Assembly (NCBI GenBank): GCA_043784965.1
Contig: JAYVXS010000296.1
Coordinates: 1 to 29,926 of the forward strand
From: Bdellovibrionales bacterium
Lineage (GTDB): Bacteria; Bdellovibrionota; Bdellovibrionia; Bdellovibrionales; JAMPXM01
Direction: 5' to 3'
DNA length: 29,926 bases
Shown one piece after another: positions 24,205-29,926 of this stretch. The number at the start of each line of letters is the position of its first letter. Positions within the stretch are counted from its first letter, which is position 1. The translations under genes were made by a program, and so were the position numbers. The notes beneath the pieces are model-generated. The model saw nothing but the letters and a program-made list of their open reading frames with translations, had not been told where the DNA came from and searched no databases.

Positions 24205-26566
24205 CTCTCGGATCCCGACATTTTCTTGTCATCACATAAGCTGAGCTCTGATCCATTTTGGTATACTCAGAAAGATTTTTGGTGACCAGGTTGCGTATTT
24301 GGTCAACGACATTTGCATTTACCTTGCAAAGCTCTTTTAGTTTTGGCTTAGCATTAAACATTTTCAGAAGCTTCTGGTTACGACTCTTGCCAGTTTTACA
24401 CGCGCTTGAAAATTCATAGAGCGCCGATTCATCTTGGCTAATTGAGTCTATTTCATCGCGATATTCTTTTCGCATATAATCGTAAAACATTCGAATGCGA
24501 CCCATGGTGCTGAGATTGCGTTTCCAAAGTCGATTTTCATTTTCCTCAGGATTAGCACCCTTCGTATCGGTAAAAGCAAAGTGACTTTGCTCTAAATTGT
24601 CGCTCACGTCTGAGAAATAATTTTCAACAATTTCAGTTGCATTGTGCCCTCGATCAAAGCGATTGCAATATGGGTCAAGCGAAAAACTGGCCGTAAGATC
24701 ATTGCACTGAGGAAAGTATGAAGTTTTCGGACCGACTCCATTTGGATCAACTGGGGGAATCACACCCTCCTTAGGGATATCAACAAATGTAAAATCAACA
24801 TCTCCGGTTTTATAGGTCGAATATTTTTGCGTATAGAGATAGGCCAGCACTAGTCTATCGTGTGGACCCGGCTTAACCTCATCATAGCTCGAACGCATTT
24901 CTGATCTTGGATGGCGATAACCCATTACCGAAGTAAATTGGGTAAAGCCCTCTTCATGTGTAGCTTTCTTCGCATGTGATTGATAGATCGCCTCAGGAAC
25001 CGTACCGCGCTCAGGCAAAATATTTTCTTTAAATTGGTGGCCCAATCCCACTGCGTGGCCAAATTCATGAGTGATCAATTCTTTTACCAAAGAGCGCAGG
25101 ACATCTCGGTACTCGCCCTTTTTTCCGCCCAGTCCCTGTATCCAGCCCGGAGCTACATCCGCAAAGCTTCGATCCGCACAATTCATGCCGACATTTGAAA
25201 TGTTTTGTATTTGTACCGAGCTCAATTCCTGGCTTCGCTTTGTGGCGCCCGATGAGTTTTTCTCTAGTTTTTCTTCTTTCGAAGGAAGTGAATTTCTGAT
25301 TGAAAATAATTTACCTACAATATAATCCTGAAAACTTTCTTCTCTATTTGCAGCCTTTAGAAAATCAACATTTTCATTAGATTTTTTTTGTAGGGCAATC
25401 TGTACCCGCGAACTGAAATCTAAATTCGCAATGCCAGCATCCGATTTCGAAGGTTTTAGTTTTGCATCGATTCTTGAGTCGATATAGTCTTTTGAATAGT
25501 TTTGAAGATTTGCTAATCCAGCACCACTTAAGTCCATCCCACTTGGGAGATTTGGACTCTGCAAAGAGGTCATTTTTGCAAATAGACTCTTCGCAATGTT
25601 TGATAATTGAAATGAAGATTTTGCCGACAGCTCTGTAGTCGCTGCAGTGCCTGCAAATGCCTTTACATAATACTCGAGAATACCGCCATAAACCGTAATC
25701 CCACTCCAGACAATCTCGCCGTTTCTCACGTCGGCTTGCGTTAGCGCAATGCCCAGAGGAGAGCTCGGGGCTGTCGATATCTTCATGTCCGACACCCAGG
25801 TAATTGATGAATGTCTTAAGTCAAAACTATGTTTGAGCTTTGTTTTATTTACGCGAAATCCTACTTTGCCTGAATCAACATCAGACTGAGTTAAGGCCCC
25901 AGCAGAAACCAAAGCTTTGTTCCAATCACCCAATATATCTTCAACAACGCCAACATATTCTGGCGGAAAATTATTGAGATAAATATCATGAGTTTTGGTT
26001 ACATCCCAATGGGCGGCATGAAGTATCTGGTAAATCCCGTCGGCTTTTTCACCGACAATATGCAAGACATTGATGAGGCCATAGTTTTTGTCGTTAAATG
26101 GCGTTTTCTTGAAGCTTGGATTGTGTTTGAATTCTGAAAAATTGATGCGGTAGCGACCCTGATTTTCACTGCCGTACGCCGAATCATTTGTAATCACTGT
26201 AAAACCTAAAAAGTTGTTTTTTTGATCCCATTCAATTTCATCAACCGAAAGAATTTGCGCTTCTCCGGCGGCTGGAATCGCATAGGCCCAATCGTGAATT
26301 TTCATATGCGAAAGCTCTAATTTCATAAATGGACGCGCTGACCAATGACTACGGGCTTCATTTTCAATAAAGGCATTTCGATCTCGACCATTTTCATCTT
26401 TTGCTTTTTCATAGTAGTAGTGCTTTGAAATAGGAATCGAGACGATTTCTGGCCAACGTTTAGAGTCGTTCGGAAAGCTCGGATTGATGCGTCTACCAAT
26501 TAATGCATTCTCTGTAATTTCGAATTCAAGGTTGCAGTGATTTGCCAATGAGCGATTGTGAGTCAC
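24074..26566 (-). CDS. Large (830 aa) zinc metalloprotease of the metzincin type (HExxHxxGxxH, M10-like: matrixin/serralysin family). No N-terminal signal peptide with the annotated GTG start.
   Basis: HEFGHAVGLGHQF motif in the middle of the protein. The frame is closed 30 nt upstream of the GTG. The N-terminal 77 residues lack a hydrophobic leader. The first in-frame Met is at residue ~78. Confidence 0.7.
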   Translation of the reverse strand: MTHNRSLANHCNLEFEITENALIGRRINPSFPNDSKRWPEIVSIPISKHYYYEKAKDENGRDRNAFIENEARSHWSARPFMKLELSHMKIHDWAYAIPAAGEAQILSVDEIEWDQKNNFLGFTVITNDSAYGSENQGRYRINFSEFKHNPSFKKTPFNDKNYGLINVLHIVGEKADGIYQILHAAHWDVTKTHDIYLNNFPPEYVGVVEDILGDWNKALVSAGALTQSDVDSGKVGFRVNKTKLKHSFDLRHSSITWVSDMKISTAPSSPLGIALTQADVRNGEIVWSGITVYGGILEYYVKAFAGTAATTELSAKSSFQLSNIAKSLFAKMTSLQSPNLPSGMDLSGAGLANLQNYSKDYIDSRIDAKLKPSKSDAGIANLDFSSRVQIALQKKSNENVDFLKAANREESFQDYIVGKLFSIRNSLPSKEEKLEKNSSGATKRSQELSSVQIQNISNVGMNCADRSFADVAPGWIQGLGGKKGEYRDVLRSLVKELITHEFGHAVGLGHQFKENILPERGTVPEAIYQSHAKKATHEEGFTQFTSVMGYRHPRSEMRSSYDEVKPGPHDRLVLAYLYTQKYSTYKTGDVDFTFVDIPKEGVIPPVDPNGVGPKTSYFPQCNDLTASFSLDPYCNRFDRGHNATEIVENYFSDVSDNLEQSHFAFTDTKGANPEENENRLWKRNLSTMGRIRMFYDYMRKEYRDEIDSISQDESALYEFSSACKTGKSRNQKLLKMFNAKPKLKELCKVNANVVDQIRNLVTKNLSEYTKMDQSSAYVMTRKCRDPRDEHSQVGNCPIYFKSDICIELKGRFRTRRNGHSWNSFTGQKEA

Positions 26567-26652
26567 TCGGTTTCGGTCCCGGCTATGGGTGGGTTAGTTG
26601 GCGTAAGTTTGCCGCTTCATCTGAAGTCAGTTTGACTGTCACACCGCCCCTG
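26567..26652 (-). other. Copy B of the shared upstream element (blocks 1 and 2), immediately 5' of the metzincin gene and abutting its annotated start codon.
   Basis: tcggtttcggtcc at 26567-26579 and gtttgactgtcacaccgcccctg at 26630-26652. Compared with copy A, 13/13 and 20/23 positions are identical. Confidence 0.5.
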
Positions 26653-26744
26653 AACTCAGCTTTTCCACATTTAGAGAGATTGCCAAATAAATTTCTACGC
26701 TGAATAATTGATCCAGCAACTCAATCTATATTGCAGGAGAACAA

Positions 26745-27068
26745 ATGCCAAATTTGAAGCCCAACAATGACTCGGCTGGAAAAAGCTCAACAAAAAGAAA
26801 AAGCCTTAGATTCCCACCAGATTTAAATGCTTTTGCCTATATCGATACCGAAGCCTCGTCGAAAACCTTTAATCCAGAATATACGGCGCTAATAATTGAG
26901 GAAGCTTATCGGGGTGCCAATCTGATTATGCGGACCAACGCTATATTCAAAGATAATCTAGAAATTAAAATTAAACCCGGAACTCTTGCCATCATGCGAG
27001 CTCAAATTCGCTGGGTAAAGAAACACTCAGAAAAAGTATGTGAAATTGGAATTGAATATCTAGAATAA
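26745..27068 (+). CDS. Small protein, possibly PilZ-domain (c-di-GMP binding).
   Basis: RKSLR (an RxxxR motif) near the N-terminus. The size and C-terminal beta-rich segment fit PilZ, but the second motif (D/NxSxxG) is not clearly present. Confidence 0.35.
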   Translation: MPNLKPNNDSAGKSSTKRKSLRFPPDLNAFAYIDTEASSKTFNPEYTALIIEEAYRGANLIMRTNAIFKDNLEIKIKPGTLAIMRAQIRWVKKHSEKVCEIGIEYLE

Positions 27069-27135
27069 CTTGAGGTGAGGCCAACAAGCAGCTAGATACT
27101 TACTTGTCTGGGTAAATTGGGGCTCCATTTTGCGC

Positions 27136-27666
27136 TTATGCTACTTTTTTTCTGCTTGGCGATTTTTTTGATTTCACTTGTTTTTCTATACTAAGCTCAA
27201 CCCAAATGCGGCCGACATTAGACTCGAGATACATATTTGCAATCCTTGCTGAGCGCGTATAATTGTAGGGACTAGTTTGGCTTCCGACAGAAATAAACGG
27301 CACGAACATCTCAAATTCGAGTCCGTCTTTATTGAGTTCCTTTTTTAAGCAGCCATAGACCATATTTGTAATTTCACCGACGCCGTCTAAAATGCGCTCG
27401 TCAATTTGTTCAATTTTCGACTCATAAAATTTTGAAAATATATGGAGTGCAATTTCACTCGGAATGGCAATACTAAGCGCTCCCTGAAAATTTGAATTCT
27501 TTATTAAAACGGTACCGGCAATATTTTTTGGTGGATATTTCATGGGACCCAAATGAAATTCGGAAGTCTTAAGATCAAGATTCAAAACACTTAAAAATGT
27601 CTTTTGAATTGCCTGGCCAATCTTTTCAAAGGTGGCCGAAGTCAACTTTAGAGATGTTACGCTCAT
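27136..27666 (-). CDS. cheX: CheX-like chemotaxis phosphatase (CheC/CheX/FliY family).
   Basis: The family signature D-x3-E-x2-N-x22-P is present exactly: D GVG E IT N MVYGCLKKELNKDGLEFEMFV P. Confidence 0.7.
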   Translation of the reverse strand: MSVTSLKLTSATFEKIGQAIQKTFLSVLNLDLKTSEFHLGPMKYPPKNIAGTVLIKNSNFQGALSIAIPSEIALHIFSKFYESKIEQIDERILDGVGEITNMVYGCLKKELNKDGLEFEMFVPFISVGSQTSPYNYTRSARIANMYLESNVGRIWVELSIEKQVKSKKSPSRKKVA

Positions 27667-27687
27667 TTTCTATTCCACCTGAGCCAG

Positions 27688-28089
27688 CTATGCAATTTTC
27701 TTTGCGGCAAGGATCGCTTCAATTTTTTTCACTAAAATCTGTGGCGAAAAGGGCTTAACAATAAAGTCATTTGCGCCAGCGTCCAGAGCTTGTTTCATTT
27801 TCTTCTCTTCTTGTTCTGCTGATATCATAATGATATGTAGATCTTTGAGTTCCGTTTGAGCGCGGCATTTTTGAATCACTTCAAGGCCGGTCATATTCGG
27901 CATATTCCAGTCTAAAAACACAATACCAAACGGGGTCAGATTAACGAATGCATTTGCGATTTTGTTATATGCCTCAACGCCATCCTTCGCTTCTTCAACG
28001 TTTTTAAACCCTAAATTTGATAAGGAGGTCTTCAAAAGACTTCTAATCATCACAAAATCGTCAACGATGAGAATACGAGTAGATGACAC
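27688..28089 (-). CDS. cheY: Single-domain response regulator (CheY-like receiver). GTG start with an AGGAGG Shine-Dalgarno 7 nt upstream.
   Basis: ILIVDD, LDWNMP and the K in IVKPF are the receiver-domain acid pocket, phospho-acceptor Asp and conserved Lys. 133 aa. Confidence 0.85.
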   Translation of the reverse strand: MSSTRILIVDDFVMIRSLLKTSLSNLGFKNVEEAKDGVEAYNKIANAFVNLTPFGIVFLDWNMPNMTGLEVIQKCRAQTELKDLHIIMISAEQEEKKMKQALDAGANDFIVKPFSPQILVKKIEAILAAKKIA

Positions 28090-28142
28090 TTGAGAACCTC
28101 CTGTTATTTATCCATATTACTATTCGAATATTTTTATAATTT

Positions 28143-28162
28143 ACTTTAGCAAATACTAAAGT
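28143..28162. promoter_or_regulatory. Palindrome ACTTTAG-caaata-CTAAAGT in the AT-rich divergent cheY / mcp promoter region. Candidate operator.
   Basis: 7-bp perfect arms with a 6-bp spacer, read directly. Confidence 0.2.
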
Positions 28163-28315
28163 TTATGGACATAGATCGAGTTTTGCCAAGTAACTCTGAG
28201 TATCTTCGCCCGTCTAGTTCTCTAGTCATTGGAATGAAAGCATTGAGTTTAATAGAGTCCAATCCGATAACTAACTTGAGAATTTATAGAAATAATTTTC
28301 AGAGGTAGTCTCAAT

Positions 28316-29905
28316 ATGATAAAAGATTTAATTTTACTAAAACGACGATCACTGCTGATTCGCCTTCTTTGGCCGGTGAATCTCATCTCCACCATTTTAA
28401 TGCTCAGCTTTTCATTTACCATGGCCCTACAACATCGAAATGCTGCAGAAGAAGCCATTCGCACAAAAGCCACCGCTGTAGAGCGGCTACTCGTGCAAAT
28501 AGGCGAACATTTAATTGGCACTAAGGATGAGGGCTCTCTTTCAAATTATTCTAAAAATCTAGATGCCGACATACAGTCAGCCCTGTTCTATGATAAGACC
28601 AACCACCTTATAAGTGAATCTAGTGCTGTAGTACAAAATATTGAAAGCATACAAATCGACAGTGCAGTTCATGATTCTGCCGGACTCTATAAGGGCCATG
28701 TCACGATCAGCTATAGTACAAGACAACTCTCTCGTGTCTTTTGGGGCGCCCTTACCATCGCATGTTTATACGGATTCTTTGTGCAGCTTCTTCTGTCTGC
28801 GGCAATTCTATTCGTCTGTCGAAATGTCATCGACCCACTTAATCTATCTTTTTCTAGTCTTTCAAAATCGACACTTGTCCTCTCTGATATATCAAAAGAC
28901 ATTTCAAAATTTAGCGAATCTCTCTCGGTCGGCGTAAATCAACAAGCCGAGGTCGTTCAAGAAACAACCGCCGCTATGGCAGAAATGTCGAGCACGTTGG
29001 CGCAAACTTCTGAATACGCTACCCAGTCGCAATCGGTAATGACTAGCATGACCCAAACTGCAAATAACGGCATGAATATTATGAATCAGATGGTAGATGC
29101 CATGACGAGTGTTCATCACGCCAATGAACAGCTTAAAAGTATGGTCAATATGATCCAAGAGATCACCTCCAAAACCAATGTTATCAATGACATTGTATTT
29201 AAAACCCAACTGCTTTCATTTAATGCTTCGATTGAAGCGGCACGCGCCGGACAGCATGGCCGTGGCTTTGCGGTAGTTGCCGAGGAGGTTGGTAACCTAG
29301 CGAAAATGAGTGGAAAGGCCTCTCAAGAGATCGGCAGTATACTTTTGGATAGCGAAAGACAAGTTAATGAAATTGTTAAAAATACCTCAGAGCGCGTTCA
29401 AGTCGGCCGCCAGGTCACTGAACAAGCACTGCGAAACTTTAAAGACATTTCAAATGAAATTGAATCCATCGCCTCAAGAATCAATAATATTACGACGGCT
29501 TCTCGCGAACAAGAACTGGGCGTCACCCAAACAACATATGCCATGCGAGAGTTAAGTAAAACCACAGAAATCAACAATCAAGTTGCTCAGAAATCAAGTA
29601 GTGCGGCCTATGTTCTGAAAGATGAAACGCTTAGTCTCCATGCAATCGCAAGATCAATCTCACAAAGTATATTGGGCGAATATTCAGATCGCAATTTATT
29701 TAACTTTAGAGCTCAAGATCATTATGACGACAGGCCTTCGCGCAAAAGTAATGAAGGACCAGCGCGCTCAACTGCCGACCAATACTTGCGCGACAATAAT
29801 GAGCTCATTCGAAAAATTGTTGGTATGACGAAGAGCCAAACTGATCATCATGACGTAGAAGATAGTAAACAAAGCCGAACCTATCGTAAAAACGAAGCCT
29901 CTTAG
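28316..29905 (+). CDS. Methyl-accepting chemotaxis protein: two TM helices with a periplasmic sensor region, then a cytoplasmic MCP signalling domain, with a ~70-aa C-terminal extension.
   Basis: The highly conserved MCP signalling core is present (...[41 protein letters not shown]...) plus methylation-helix heptads. Confidence 0.85.
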   Translation: MIKDLILLKRRSLLIRLLWPVNLISTILMLSFSFTMALQHRNAAEEAIRTKATAVERLLVQIGEHLIGTKDEGSLSNYSKNLDADIQSALFYDKTNHLISESSAVVQNIESIQIDSAVHDSAGLYKGHVTISYSTRQLSRVFWGALTIACLYGFFVQLLLSAAILFVCRNVIDPLNLSFSSLSKSTLVLSDISKDISKFSESLSVGVNQQAEVVQETTAAMAEMSSTLAQTSEYATQSQSVMTSMTQTANNGMNIMNQMVDAMTSVHHANEQLKSMVNMIQEITSKTNVINDIVFKTQLLSFNASIEAARAGQHGRGFAVVAEEVGNLAKMSGKASQEIGSILLDSERQVNEIVKNTSERVQVGRQVTEQALRNFKDISNEIESIASRINNITTASREQELGVTQTTYAMRELSKTTEINNQVAQKSSSAAYVLKDETLSLHAIARSISQSILGEYSDRNLFNFRAQDHYDDRPSRKSNEGPARSTADQYLRDNNELIRKIVGMTKSQTDHHDVEDSKQSRTYRKNEAS

Positions 29906-29926
29906 TAATCTTTTAGATTTCTTATA

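Noticed and set aside
1-29926. Rho-independent terminators after cusA, bglX, the Tim44/ZnR gene and between the convergent PilZ and CheX genes.
   Set aside because: I looked for GC-rich hairpins followed by T-runs at these gene ends and found only weak or short stems (e.g. ACAAG...CTTGT at about 27090). None are convincing enough to annotate.
1-29926. tRNA, rRNA or other known RNA genes.
   Set aside because: No tRNA-like cloverleaf signatures (GTTCGAATC-type T-arm, CCA ends) or rRNA-like conserved stretches were noticed on either strand.

Overview
This is a ~30 kb chromosomal window of about 43-45% GC with a patchwork of functions. The gene content (many secreted zinc proteases, envelope and chemotaxis genes) would fit a Bdellovibrio- or Oligoflexia-like organism, but that is only a guess. 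Genes I can support, in order: the 5' end of a secreted protein gene running off the left edge; a PPP-family Ser/Thr phosphatase with all three metallophosphoesterase motifs; two membrane proteins; a DUF2132/VF530-like small protein; and a secreted HExxH zinc protease. Then comes a three-gene heavy-metal RND efflux operon: outer-membrane factor, a CusB-like membrane fusion protein with an N-terminal Cys/Met metal-binding domain, and a CusA/CzcA-like pump, with overlapping starts. This is followed by a secreted GH3 beta-glucosidase. Next is a 3-kb stretch of decayed genes: a NAD(P)-binding (NmrA-like) remnant with an internal stop, a truncated SRAP/YedK-like gene, and the C-terminal half of an M1 (PepN-like) aminopeptidase broken by a frameshift and a stop. 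Further along are a 2,4-dienoyl-CoA reductase (fadH), an outer-membrane beta-barrel protein, and a second decayed region with a VWA-domain remnant and an 18-bp perfect inverted repeat. A two-gene membrane module follows: an SPFH/Band-7 protein with a SHOCT tail, then a membrane protein with two Tim44-like domains each ending in a zinc ribbon. The window ends with a hypothetical helical protein, a large 830-aa metzincin, a possible PilZ protein, and a CheX / CheY-like / MCP chemotaxis trio. No rRNA, tRNA, CRISPR array, transposase or integrase was seen. The most interesting signal is a conserved bipartite sequence element seen twice upstream of secreted zinc-protease genes, with a partial third copy of its GCAGCTGCCCCGAAAC block upstream of the SPFH/Tim44 module, each oriented with its downstream gene. 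It suggests an unannotated cis-regulatory signature (possibly an ECF-sigma type promoter) linking proteases and an envelope-stress-like module. A second notable locus (4529-5054) combines a 10-bp tandem repeat over the start codon with an A8 homopolymer that splits a membrane-protein gene into two frames. All calls rest on reading the translated ORFs and the DNA by eye and on motifs recalled from memory; no database search was run.
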